A stretch of DNA of 64,000 nucleotides from Obrimoposthia wandeli (GCA_977020255.1 CDROCS010000207.1:186001-250000), one strand, 5' to 3'. Positions 25,571 to 38,849 are shown, counted from the first letter of the stretch. Program-made: numbers and translations. Notes: generated from the sequence alone by a model not told the origin.

Positions 25571-27589
25571 ACGCAAACATTGAGTAATTTCAGAATTTTA
25601 TATTTATCATGGTGATCTAATTCGACTTTCTAGATCAAAATTTTCAAATGCCATAAACGGAAAAATAATTTTGAAATATCTATTTAATGTAGTTGACTTG
25701 TAAAAATCTAGAAATATATGTTTATGTCAGCAAAAGTCACATTCTAATTAACGTAAAAAGGAAATTAAAAATTGAAATACTTTTAATTAGATAATGGACT
25801 TTTCTAGTCTTTGACCATGATAAGAAATGTTTTTCAACGTGTAAATAACTTCAAAGCAGTATTTGAACTACATTTTAATTAGATAATTTTAATTAAACAT
25901 ATTTTATCAAAATAATAATATAATTAGCAGAAGCTGTGGCCTTGAAGTATATTATGAAAAGTTTAGGTCCATCAAAGAAACAAACTAGCGACAAATAACG
26001 GTTAATTTGACTGTTTATGACGGAAATGTAACCTAGACTTTGGATAATAATAGTAATGAATATTCCTTCCAAATTTCGTAATAGCTGGCTTTTGTTAACT
26101 TCAGTTAGATTTGCTGAATGATAGGTAGAGATAAAAATAAAGAATAATATAAAAAATTACAAATAAAAATTCTTTTAAAATATAATATTTGATAAAACCC
26201 TCAGTAATTTCAATTACCTCTATTGAAATTTGATTTTTTGTTGTAGTATTTCACTATGGTATTTAAATTTTTTAACTAAAAATTATTAAAATTTTTTTTT
26301 AATGTAAAATAAATTTAATTCATAATAATAATTTCAGATCTATAAATTAAAATTTTAAAAAATATAAAATTTTAAGAGATTGGGGAAAGATCTTAAACAT
26401 GGAAATGTGTAAAAGTATAAAGTTTTTTAGATTTATTCAAAATTTTAAACTATTATTTATGATTTGGTACATTTTGAATCGTACTCTAACGGATGATCAC
26501 TATAAATTAACAGTTATTATATTTTCAAAATATCAAGAGCAATATACTCTATATATACATAGGCATTAACAAAATATGTGTTATCTGAAACCATTAATTA
26601 TTCAATGAATACAGTCTGAATCGCCTTTTTTAGCATAATATGAAATTTTTCAATTATTTCTTGAATACAATATATGTCCAACTTTCGAACGTAATATCGA
26701 ATTCGGGTTTCAAGTTGCTTCGCGTCTTTCGTCTGCTTATTTTCCAGTAAAATTTCACTTTCAGGAAACCACAGAAGTCCTAAATGGATCTCAAGTGGGA
26801 GACACATGGATAGTTGTATTTCTTTTAACAAAATAGATGTCCAATTGTTGTCAATGTCTGTTTTAATTAATGCAAAGTTACCAAATCTGAACTTAAGAAG
26901 TAATTATTTTTACTGAAAATTTATGATATTTGGCAAAATGTCTTTATTTGTTGTGGTTGATGATGGGGTAATAAAATTAGATTAGTAGAAGGAAGTGGGT
27001 CTTCTTGCTCACCCCGTGTGCAAGTGAGCCAGAAAACCCTAGCAACCAGGGACACGTGTGTTTCCATGACTACCGTTCCACGTGTAGTAACCATGTCAAC
27101 TAGTATGTATTGTTTTCTCACCAACATATGCATGTTGCTGCCATGGCTACCAAACCATGTTATAAACATGGCTTTGTTTTAATATTTAATTTTTCAGGCG
27201 AATTTTGAAAATTTTGAAAATATTTTTCAATTTTCTAAAAATAAAATTTTTATAAAGAAATTTTTACTAAGAAATTTTACATATTTTAAAAATAAAATTT
27301 TACATAGAATTTTTAACATTATTTTAAACGTAAGAAATAAAATTTTACAAATAAATTTTTACAGAAATTTTTATGCTTTAAATATAAATTTTACATAGAA
27401 ATATTTTTACACAAGAAATTTTTTATGAATATTTTACTTAGAAATATTATAATTAGAAATATTTTAGAAATATCACGAAAAAGACAGACAGAAAAATTAG
27501 ATACAAATATTTATTAAACCAAATAGTAAAATGTAGGTACAATAAATTTGTGACATAAATTCAAACATAAAAGAACAATCATTCCAGTG

Positions 27590-27860
27590 AAAAAATGTCT
27601 GGATATCGGTGATATCCGTAGGCAATTGACTGGTTTTTCCATACCCATTTTCTCTTATCCTCATTGTTACTCAATGTGATCTTACTCATATTTACAACAT
27701 AGAGCCGGTGATTACTTCAATTAATGCGTTTTTGAATAATAGATAAATTGAATAAAGATTCATATGTAATCCTGGGATAAACTATTATGTATGCATGCTT
27801 TAGAAAACTGTTATGATCAAATGATGTCATTCTGTATGGAATGCACACAGTTGTTAGGAT
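27590..27860 (-). mobile_element. Polinton pPolB extreme C-terminus remnant
   Basis: Minus strand HRLYVVNMSKITLSNNEDKRKWVWKNQSIAYGYHRY (27710-27598) matches the pPolB terminal 'K..LS..DDKR......T..YG' motif. Confidence 0.68.
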
Positions 27861-27948
27861 CGAAAAATATTTTACTGTAGGTTACGTCATAATGTTAAAA
27901 AAAGAAGATACAAAATCCACGAAGTAGTTTATTTTATTAATTTCATAT

Positions 27949-28146
27949 TTAAAAAAAGGGATTTTTGGATCTTTTCACAATAAATTCTTTACAAATATAT
28001 ATTTTTGGGTCCTTCCTGACAGCAGTTAATGCTTTATATTGTCCTACAAAAATATCAAGTATACCATTTTTCTTTTTTATACCTAGAATATAATCCATAT
28101 TTTTTTTCAATTTCAAATATCTCCTATCAACTCCACCAAGCAACAT
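27949..28146 (-). CDS. Conserved orphan ORF, copy B
   Basis: LGGVDRRYLKLKKNMDYILGIKKKNGILDIFVGQYKALTAVRKDPKIY; 32/56 identical residues to copy A by hand alignment. Confidence 0.5.
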   Translation of the reverse strand: MLLGGVDRRYLKLKKNMDYILGIKKKNGILDIFVGQYKALTAVRKDPKIYICKEFIVKRSKNPFF

Positions 28147-29479
28147 ATTTAAAACAATATTTAATTATATTTTCTTCCCAGTATTATAATTTGCGAGCAC
28201 TCTCAAGTCTAGGCTTCCTTCTAAACTTTAGGATCTCACCTTCACTCCGCAAAAAGAATGCTCAATTGGTAGTAAACAACCAAAACTACTTCTGACCCAT
28301 TACTTTAAAAAGCATTATATGTGCATCACAGATTGCTTTAAATGTACATAAGATTTGGTGCGAAAGTAGATTATGTACATAGAGCAATACGGTTTGCTCA
28401 AACTAATGTTTTAGCAAAATGTTAAGATTAAGAATTTAGGAATTTAAAGTAAAAGAAAAGAAAAAAAAAACTATTTATAGGAAAAATAGAACCCTAAAAG
28501 CAAGGGTAAATAAAATAAAATAAATAAATAAAAATTTAATTTAAAATAATTTAGATTTAAATAAATGTAGGACCTTGAGAGGTCATGTTTGTTGTGTAAG
28601 TATATAAGAGAGTTTAAATTATTAGAAAGGCCCAGAAAAATAATAAGAATAGTCAGAAAGTAAAGAAGAAAGAAACGAGAAATTTATTCGTGAATCGAGC
28701 GAGTGGAAACAAATTAGCAAGAAGCAGCGCCAACAATTTGCAGACGAGAACCCATTAGGGACGATACTGGTTGGAGCAAGAATTCAATTAGGAACGTCGC
28801 ATCCCAAGGGCAGTAGACTGTTCGCTGCGCGTTGCAGACAAGGCGAGCGCATTTAATTAGTGAACTTCCATTAGCACTTTATTTTAGACAAAGTATATAA
28901 GCGACGAGGAATATCCCTACACCCAGTCGTTACCCAGTCGTTTAGTCAGCAAATTGCCAACGAATTTGAGTGAAAGAATTGAAATTACTACTAAATGGAC
29001 AATTTAAATGATCCTAGATTATTCGAAGACAATCTGCCAACTTTTTATTTCGTAAGTTATGAAACATTAAAGCAGAGGTATTTGAAGGGGTTACTAAATC
29101 AGATTTATTATTAAAGGCATTTAATTTTTAACGACTTTAAATAATGCTTGATCATCAAATTCCAATTCTATTTAAATATTTGTTATCTTATTTTAATACA
29201 TGAATTAAATACAGATTTTCTGTTCAAAAGGTTGTTTAATATTGTTTTTATTGAAATGTGACATATTAGAAATAATGAAAAATAAAATCTGAATTATTCT
29301 TCTGACAAATTGACAAAAATTTGATTCAAATGATTTCCCATAATCACGATTTATTTATCTTAGAGCTCCAAATTTTAGAATCCAATTGTTCATAATTTAT
29401 GTTGCTGTTGATTCGTTTTGATCAATTATAGCAATTATGTATTTTTTCCAATTATATTTGTTTTCAATGGCCTACAACT

Positions 29480-30200
29480 AAAAAAAGACTGTAATCCGAA
29501 TTCGCTTTATCTGATTATTTAGTTTTTGTTGTCACTACTTTTCGTTTCTGACAATTTTCACAAATTTGATGAATTGTAATCTTTTGATGAAGTCAAATCT
29601 ATGAAAAATGTTTTCATATACTTTTCTCCAAGCTGACATAAACTTTTGTGAACATGCATTATGAACTCCTGTATATTCTTTTTTGGTAGCCATACTTTAC
29701 CAATCTTCGTCATTAATATATTTTCAATCATTTATAATCATCTTCTATCCCTATATTTACTTTTAATTTTCTTATCTCTTCGGAATTACTAAGAATCTTT
29801 CATATCAAGTAACAAAACTTTTGTTGTAGATTCCCTGTTTTTGGATTTTCATGATTAGTTTTGCATTAAACACAAGTTTCACATTTACTTCTGGAAAGTG
29901 CATCAGCATTTGAGTGGTTTTCACATTATTTTTCTGTACTCTAAAACCATATCAAGGCTACTCAGGTGATTGCACCACGTTTGGAATTAAAGTGTTATTG
30001 ACTTTTTTATTTTAATTATGAAAATTATAGCTTTGTGATCAGTTCGTAAACGAAACCTTTGCCATATAGATAGTGTTTGAAATAATCTGTAAAATGCGCA
30101 ATGGCCAGCATTTCTTTCTAGTAATAATTTTTATGTTACTGATGAAGTCGACAAAACAAGAATTATACTAGGAAACTGAAGAATATATTATAGGAAACCC
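29480..30200 (-). mobile_element. Ty3/Gypsy pol remnant: RNase H and integrase zinc-binding region
   Basis: Minus strand KEMLAIAHFTDYFKHYLYGK, LRTDHKAI, HSNADALS, then GKVWLPKKNIQEFIMHVHKSLC and CENCQKRK. Confidence 0.85.
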
Positions 30201-30678
30201 ATTGCTAATCACTATTATAACATTGATAAATTAGTACAGTAGTATATAGTGGTCTAAAAAATTTTGTATACTGTCATTTTTTAGACAGAATGTCGTTAAA
30301 ATGTCTAAAAATAGCTTATAATGACTCAAAATGACTCAAAATGACTCAAATTTCTACCTTTTTACTGCAAAAATCTATTTGAGTTCGTATGTGTGATTTC
30401 CGGACTTGACCAAAAAGTCTCGAAATCGCGCATACTAACTCAATGGTAATAGGTCACCCCTCCCGGGGGGGTACCTTTTACTGCAAAATGTATTTGAATT
30501 CGTATGTGTGATTTCGAGTCTTGACTTACATTTGGTCTGAAAATCGCACATACTAACTCAAGGCAATATGTGGGGTACCTTTTACTGCAAAACTATTTTT
30601 GGCGTTCTATGCATGATTTCAAGACTTCTTATTAAATATGGCGCTAAATATCTTGCCATTTAAAACAAAAGGTGATTT

Positions 30679-32670
30679 TGTTGGGTAATTAAAAATTAAT
30701 TAATTTAAGTCAATTTAAATTGACATTTAATATTTATCTAAAATGCCCACAATTAGGGAGGAATTCAAATTCAGCCTCCGACGGGGTGGTCCCGTTTCGC
30801 TTTGCCAGGCTCATCAGGAAGGCGGCTTGATAACAAGATTAAACACAATGATTTTTCCGCCCAGCATTAGCAGCAGATGCGGCGGCGGTCTGCCCTTTCT
30901 CGGCCAGCGACAAGTCTGGTCCAGCTCCTCCACCATCCTTCTCCACCATCCTTCCCCGTATTCCCCGTCATCCTAATCGGCAGGCTGAACAGCGACCTAA
31001 ATCAGTTCCTCTCTGCCTCCCTCGGCCAACAACAATTACGGGATTTGCCAATCTGTTGGTGTGTGTGGAGCTGCGGATTTTGATGTGTGTATAAAAGCAC
31101 CACAGTCCACAATTTCTCCAGCCTACCTGTCGGAAATCGGATCATTATCAGTGTGCACAACAATTGCTCCCTCTAGTGAACTCGGCAGCACACATCATTT
31201 CTCCCTACTGTGCCTCGGTTACCCCGCAACTGCTGCTTCCACTGATGTCCCTGCCTCCCCTCAAACAATATCCTATCTCCCAACAACCGCCGATTCTCAG
31301 ACTGCGACCACGGTTGTCTGGGTCAAAATCAATATCGACTTTACATCCCTCTCTCTCAAACTATCTGTCACACTCTGCTGATCGATGTACTGAAAATCTA
31401 AATCCAGAATCTCTCGACTGACATCTCTCCAAGTCCAATGTGTGCGAAGTCGGGCTATCGATCTCCCTGTCCTTGACTTTCTCGTGGATTTGACATTTTC
31501 CCATTTATATAAAACTGCAGATTAGCAGCAAATGTACACAACAACATTAACAAAATTTATGGAGAACATCTGTTGGTGTGTGTGGAGCTGCGGATTTTGA
31601 TGTGTGTATAAAAGCACCACAGTCCACAATTTCTCCAGCCTACCTGTCGGAAATCGGATCATTATCAGTGTGCACAACAATTGCTCCCTCTAGTGAACTC
31701 GGCAGCACACATCATTTCTCCCTACTGTGCCTCGGTTACCCCGCAACTGCTGCTTCCACTGATGTCCCTGCCTCCCCTCAAACAATATCCTATCTCCCAA
31801 CAACCGCCGATTCTCAGACTGCGACCACGGTTGTCTGGGTCAAAATCAATATCGACTTTACATCCCTCTCTCAAACTATCTGTCACACTCTGCTGATCGA
31901 TGTACTGAAAATCTAAATCCAGAATCTCTCGACTGACATCTCTCCAAGTCCAATGTGTGCGAAGTCGGGCTATCGATCTCCCTGTCCTTGACTTTCTCGT
32001 GGATTTGACATTTTCCCATTTATATAAAACTGCAGATTAGCAGCAAATGTACACAACAACATTAACAAAATTTATGGAGAACATCTGTTGGTGTGTGTGG
32101 AGCTGCGGATTTTGATGTGTGTATAAAAGCACCACAGTCCACAATTTCTCCAGCCTACCTGTCGGAAATCGGATCATTATCAGTGTGCACAACAATTGCT
32201 CCCTCTAGTGAACTCGGCAGCACACATCATTTCTCCCTACTGTGCCTCGGTTACCCCGCAACTGCTGCTTCCACTGATGTCCCTGCCTCCCCTCAAACAA
32301 TATCCTATCTCCCAACAACCGCCGATTCTCAGACTGCGACCACGGTTGTCTGGGTCAAAATCAATATCGACTTTACATCCCTCTCTCAAACTATCTGTCA
32401 CACTCTGCTGATCGATGTACTGAATATCTAAATCCAGAATCTCTCGACTGACATCTCTCCAAGTCCAATGTGTGCGAAGTCGGGCTATCGATCTCCCTGT
32501 CCTTGACTTTCTCGTGGATTTGACATTTTCCCATTTATATAAAACTGCAGATTAGCAGCAAATGTACACAACAACATTAACAAAATTTATGGAGAACATT
32601 TTGATATTGTAAAAAGAAAATCGAATCGTGAATTTTACTTATTTTTCCCAAATAGAAAATATATATAACA
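30679..32670 (+). mobile_element. Solo-LTR-like insertion (1992 bp) in the left TIR
   Basis: Begins TGTT (30679), ends AACA (32670), flanked by a 4-bp direct repeat attt (30675-30678 / 32671-32674). Removing it restores ggtgattttaagtag as seen in the right TIR. Strand is inferred from the TATA-like motif. Confidence 0.8.
31051..32597. repeat. Near-perfect 3x ~515-bp tandem array (517, 515, 515 bp)
   Basis: Units start atctgttggtgtgtgtggagc at 31051, 31568 and 32083. Differences seen: one extra tc in unit 1 and one a>t change in unit 3. Confidence 0.95.
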
Positions 32671-35232
32671 ATTTTAAGTAGATTTTAAGTGGCCAAAGTC
32701 TCCCTCACGGAGCCTTCTAAGAGAGGAAGCCCTTCATCCGAAGACCGGGCAGCACCTTTGGCAAAGATTATATGTATATTGATTTTGTTTATAGTTAAAG
32801 AATAATAAAATTATTTATTCATATGATAAATAATATTAAAATAAAATCAATAAATCATTTATTCATCTGATACTTTGATGTAATGATATTGATATTCCTT
32901 AAGGTTGGTGCGAAGAGCACATAACATATCCAAAGTACCTAGAGTCATAATGATGAAATGATTTTAAAACTAAAAAGTTTCTATTATATAAAAACCTAAC
33001 TTCAATATAATTGGTCAACTAATCAAATTAATCCTATATAATAAATAAATAGATTAAACACAAAAGTTGTATTAATACATACAAGTGAATGAGTTCGTGT
33101 GTGTGTATGTGTGTGAGTGTGTGTGTGAATGAGTGTGTACAAATTATGACATTAAATAACAACAACAATAACAAAACTATATAACTTATTTAAAATTATT
33201 AAGTTAAATTAAAATGACTGCAAGCAAGGCTTTTATTCTTACTAATTCTTTCATATCTTTGAAAATAACAAATGTATTTGCAAGTGTAAAAGTTTTTTAA
33301 ATTTATTTTGTAAAATTTTGTAAAATTCTAACGAATATAAATTATCAAATTATAAGTTTAAATATTTTATTTACCTAAATTCTAAAAATGTAAGATTTCT
33401 TTTTTATTTATTTCATTTTATTTTTTCTATATTATTGTTTTATGTAATTTAGTATGATCTTAGAGTATTTTTTAGAATTTTTAATTAAAAATCTATGAAT
33501 TTAAATACTTTTATTTAATTTAAAAATCTATGATGTTTAATACTTTTTACAAATAATGTTTTAATTTTGAAATATTTTTTGAATTTATTTGTAAGTGTAA
33601 AAGTTTTTGAAAATTTTTTTTAAAGTTTTTGTAAAATTCTAACGAATCTAAATTTTTAGAAAAAACTAATTTTAATTTAATAAAGTTTTTTGTTAAAAAT
33701 TTATTTACAAGTGTAAAAGTTTTTTAAATTTATTTAGAAATGTTTTGTAAAATTCTAACGAATCTAAATTATGGAATATCGAAAATTTATTTGCAAACAC
33801 ATGTTATTCAAAGTTACTGAAAGTTTATTTTGAAATTAGAATACCAAATCTTTAATTATATTGTTTTATATGTAAATAAATCAAATAGTGTACATATTCG
33901 ATTATCAACTTAGTATTTCTATTTATTATTCAACTTTCTAAAATATTAAAAATCTCTTATGACAACAAATAAAATTAAGTATCGATTGTATGAATTAATA
34001 CCAGTGTAAATAAAAGCAAGTAAAATTAACAATGAAGTACAAGTATTAATGAATGCAGCTACAAGTAAGAAAGAATACGATTGCAAGTACGAATGTCAAG
34101 TACAGGTATGAATGAAAATTAGTAAAAATATTAATGAATTTGAATGATAGTTTGAATAATGATAGTTAGAATGAATATAAATGAATGCAAGTATGAATGC
34201 AAGTGAATGTGAATACAAGTAAGAGTCTTAGCAAGTGAATGTAAAACTACAAGTGTGAAATTTTAATTGAGTAATTGAGAGAAAATAATAATAAGAGTGT
34301 TGAGAGAATGATTGAATGTGAGTGTAATTTAGACTATAAGTAAATTCAAATAGAGTTTTCGTATTTATATGAGATTGCTAGGAAATGTTATGAATGAAAA
34401 TAATTCGAAATGTGAGTAAAACTATAGACAAGTTAGTCATTAGAAATGTATGATTGAATGTAAATGTAAATCACAATGTAAATAAATTAGTTAGAGATTA
34501 TGGTTGAAAAATAAAAATATCGGGAAATATTGTGGGTTAAGAAGAGAAGTATAGAGTTGGGTTTAAAGTAGAGAGACATCTCGACGTGGTTAAGATGTTT
34601 AAGAAGAGAAAATTAGAGAAATTAATGATATTTTCAGGAAATTATGATATTCAAGTGGATAGTGCATAAATTCGTGAGATAAAACATCAATATTTATTAA
34701 TAATTTATATAACATTATACATCCTTCGGTAATCTTCCATATAGGTTTTATGTCATATTTGGTCATAAATCCTTGAATCATGATGAATAGGGGTCCATTT
34801 TTCATATCCTTTTCAACATTCCAATAATCTGCAAAAATACGTTCATTAGCTCTCACCAATATAGAATTTCTATGAATTTTATATCCAATATATATTTAAT
34901 TTTGTTTACTAGACATTCAAAAATTACTTTTAAACATAATGTATTTTGTATATATTTAGTTTACTATGTTGTAAGTTATTACTGTAATAGTCCATTACAT
35001 AAAAAGTAATTGATAGTTTACTATCGTTTACAATAAATTGAAAATTTATAAATTAGTTGTAAACAAATCAGTACTAATTGATTTAAACTAGATTAACTTT
35101 GTTTAATCTCGAGTATATTATATTCTTTGATTTCAATAAATGTACATTTTAAATATTATTTTTCTATTAATGAATTAAAAATTTGTTTTCTCAATTAAAA
35201 GTTGAATGATTTCTCTTTTTTAACAATGATAA

Positions 35233-35235
<3 letters not shown>

Positions 35236-35267
<32 letters not shown>
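35236..35267. repeat. (TA)16 microsatellite
   Basis: Perfect TA run. Confidence 0.95.
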
Positions 35268-35273
<6 letters not shown>

Positions 35274-36340
35274 AAAATGTAAACAACTCTTTATACATAA
35301 TTTTGAGATTATTAAAGAGTTTTTGCTCATATTAAAGATATTTTTGTATTTTTAATTAATTTAAAGTCAATAACGTTAATTAAAATAAAGTCTGTCGCTG
35401 CTTTGTAACAAATTAGTTTACTATTTTTTAATAATTTTTTTGATCAAGTAATGAAAACTGTGAACAAAAAATAAATAAATCTGTTTTACATATGTACAAT
35501 TCTTTAATTAAAAAAATTTGTGAATATTTCAATATTTAAAAGTGATATAAAAGGTAATTATCAAATAAAAAATAAAAGTAGATTAATTAAATTTTAATTA
35601 ATAATATTGCAATTCTAAATCCTTCTTTATAACCAATGTTTACCATGAAAAATTTAAAATTGATACTTTTATCAGTAACTTTATTTAAAACGTATATGTA
35701 CCTGATTGATATAATATAATCATAAATATGCAAATTTCAGTTATGAGTTGTGCAACTATAAATATTATTAACTTTTTTCATGATTTTTCAACAAAACTTT
35801 CATGTAGTTTACCTATTAATCATTACTATAGAATAAAACACACACAACTCATAATTAATAACCAGTTTCAACATATTATGGTTAGATGTAGTATCAAAAA
35901 TAAGATTATCTTGAAGTATGCCACCTATTTGAGTACTTGTTATTGCTTCAAGGCCTACAGTTGCTACAAATCATTATGTAATTCATCAACAAATGGCTTT
36001 TCATGTGTGAAAAGTAAATCATTAAAATCTAGAGATTTATTTAAATACTTATCTAATTCATTATCATCATTTCAAAATGTAGTGAAATCAAAATTAGAAG
36101 TAAATATTGGACTATTGGGACGTGACCAACAATCAATTATTTCGAAGTCAAAACTATTATCAAAATTATCAAAACTATCAACTGGAACATTGAAATTTTT
36201 AGATTCATATCTTTTTACAACAACTAGCCTTGAAAGATTGGTTAGTTATCTAAACTTCTATTCAATCATCATCATCAACCAGTCGCTCCAATACTTCAAA
36301 TAAATCGTCATCAATAATAGAGGAGATATTAAGGAATTTT

Positions 36341-37148
36341 TGTTTAATCAATGTATTTATTATATAGGATTAATTTGATTAGTTGACCAATTATATTGAA
36401 GTTAGGTTTTTATATAATCGAAACTTTTTAGTTTTAAAATCATTTCATCATTATGACTCTAGGAACTTTGGATATGTTATGTGCTCTTCGCACCAACCTT
36501 AAAGAATATCAATATCATTAACATCAAAGTATCAGATGAATAAATGATTTATTGATTTTATTTTAATATTATTTATCATATAATAAATAATTGTATTATT
36601 CTTTAACTATAAACAAAATCAATATACATATAATCTTTGCCAAAGGTGCTGCCTGGTCTTCGGATGAAGGGTTTCCTCTCTTAGGAGGCTCCATGAGGGA
36701 GACTTTGGCCACTTAAAATCTACTTAAAATCACCTTTTGTTTTAAATGGCAAGATATTTAGCGCCATATTTAATAAGAAGTCTTGAAATCATGCATATAA
36801 CGCCAAATATAGTTTTGCAGTAAAAGGTACCCCACCTATTGCTTTGAGTTAGTATGCGCGATTTTCAGACCAAATGTAGGTCAAGTTTCGAAATCACACA
36901 TACGAATTTAAATACATTTTGCAGTAAAAGGTACCCCCGGGAGGGGGGACCTATTACCATTGAGTTAGTATGCGCGATTTCGAGACTTTTTGGTCAAGTC
37001 CGGAAATCACACATACGAACTCAAATAGATTTTTGCAGTAAAAAGGTAGAAATTTGAGTCATTTTGAGTCATTATAAGCTATTTTTAGACATTTTAACGA
37101 CATTCTGTCTAAAAAATGACAGTATACAGAATTTTTTAGACCACTATA
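36341..37148. repeat. Intact right TIR of the 6.9-kb element
   Basis: Continuous reverse complement of the split left TIR, containing ~105-115-bp internal sub-repeats (gcagtaaaaggtacccc...gagttagtatgcgcgattt). Confidence 0.9.
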
Positions 37149-37559
37149 GTGTTGGTACTAACTCAAAGCGACAGAGCCCCCCACCTAAAAATAGGATTTT
37201 ACTGCTTTCAAATTTTGCTTCTTAATGCTCATTTCAGGCACATAATTTAAAGGCAGAACACAATGTATTTTTTCAACTTCACAAACACAACTTTGGTTCA
37301 TATAACAGGTGTGGAGTTTGAATCCACTTTAGGAAAACAACTTGTATGAAGGTTTACTTTTCTTTGCAGCCTGAAAGTCATTTTCTGAAAGAAATTATAG
37401 TAAGAGGTGATGTCTTGAGGATTGAGAAAAAATCTTACTTTTTATTTGGTGCATGTACTGCTCCTTTACACATTACATCATGTTTCATGAAATTCCATAT
37501 TTGATTCATAATTGAGTATTCCGACAATGTTTTTCAGAAATTCAAATTAATTTCAAACA

Positions 37560-38250
37560 AAATAAAGGGTTTTGAAAAAAGAGCTTACCGACGTTTAGGG
37601 TTAATGATAAAAAATTCAAATCTTACAATATATTCCAATGTCAGTTGCAACTAATGAATGGTCCCATAGCCAAGACAAAATATTTAAGACTTTCTTAATT
37701 TTTATAAAAGACGATGAAACTAGAAGCTTTTTAGTTTCAATATTTTTGTAAAAAAGAATTCGGTATATATCAAAAATAAACGTTTGCGTAATTATTGACA
37801 AATTTAAAATAACTATTTTACTAATCAAAACCAGTTTAATACTAGTTTAAAACAAGGACGCATGCCAATAGTTATTCTCTAGTAGAAGTAACGTTTTTAA
37901 AATAACTTATTTGACTGTCACTCATAACATATTCGTTGGCTGGTATCCAATTATATGGATAATATACTTAAAGAAATTGACGAATTGGAAAATAGAGATA
38001 GTTAAAATATGTTTCCAACGGTTACTAAGTTTACTAAAACTTGTACATATGTTTGTCGAAGACACCACTGACTAAATTTATAAAATAAATATTAGGGCAT
38101 TAGAGCAGCCACAGCCATAGTAGAGATCGATTTATTTACTTGCAATTACTAGCGAGAGTAATTTATATAATAAACTAAGGTACCAGCTTATCGCTTTTAT
38201 GTTTTTCTTTGATACAGAAAATATTTGGAAATTTCTAACTAACCACGACA
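37560..38250 (-). mobile_element. Possible decayed hAT transposase fragment
   Basis: LSNRWKHI (TRWNS-like) and IKKVLNIL fragments only. Confidence 0.3.
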
Positions 38251-38849
38251 TGTGATAAAAATATTAAATTATATATAAATAAATAAAGCTATTAAAAGCT
38301 GAAAGTATTGATATACTTAACCTTTTTGATTAGTTAAAATATAAAAATTCAAATATAGTGTAATCTAATTGATTAATTTGGACAGCGTTGGAAAATCCCA
38401 ATAATGTTGACAGTTTGTTTCCATTGATTAAATTGTTTAACTTTTTTAAATAATTGTTTTCTACTTTATCTGACAATTTTATACGTTTATACTGAAGGCC
38501 GTATTCGATAACCTTCCTTGATTTGAGGGATTTTTAACTAAAAATAATTCTCTAACTAAGGAGCTCCTTGACGTTTACCGTAAGTCCGTTTCGTAAATAA
38601 AATTTGCTTTTCTTTAAGCTCAAGAAAAGTTAAGTAAATTATAAAAAAACATATTTACAAAACGGAATATTGCAGTTTACATATTTCAGAATTGTAACAC
38701 AAGTCGAAGTAATAAAATAATTAACAAAATGAAATTTAATATGTAAGTTTAACTTTATATCGAAAGATGTTTCATTTTGGACTTTTTCCTATTGTTACCA
38801 AGTGAATTGAGGTGCTTTATATAAAAAATAATATATATTTGTATGTCAT

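Larger units (their letters stand above)
30245..37148. mobile_element. 6.9-kb non-autonomous DNA element with ~810-bp terminal inverted repeats
   Basis: 30245-30678 plus 32675-33060 is the reverse complement of 36341-37148. Termini are tatagtggtctaaaaa...tttttagaccactata. No transposase is recognisable inside. Confidence 0.88.

Noticed and set aside
31061-32431. Overlapping 71-112-aa ORFs repeated in each 515-bp unit
   Set aside because: GTG/TTG starts, no recognisable domain, and they recur only because the unit is triplicated. The 2-bp indel in unit 1 changes both C-termini, so the frame is not conserved.
35728-36303. 191-aa plus-strand ORF as a gene
   Set aside because: Composition is best explained as the antisense shadow of a decayed acidic minus-strand frame.
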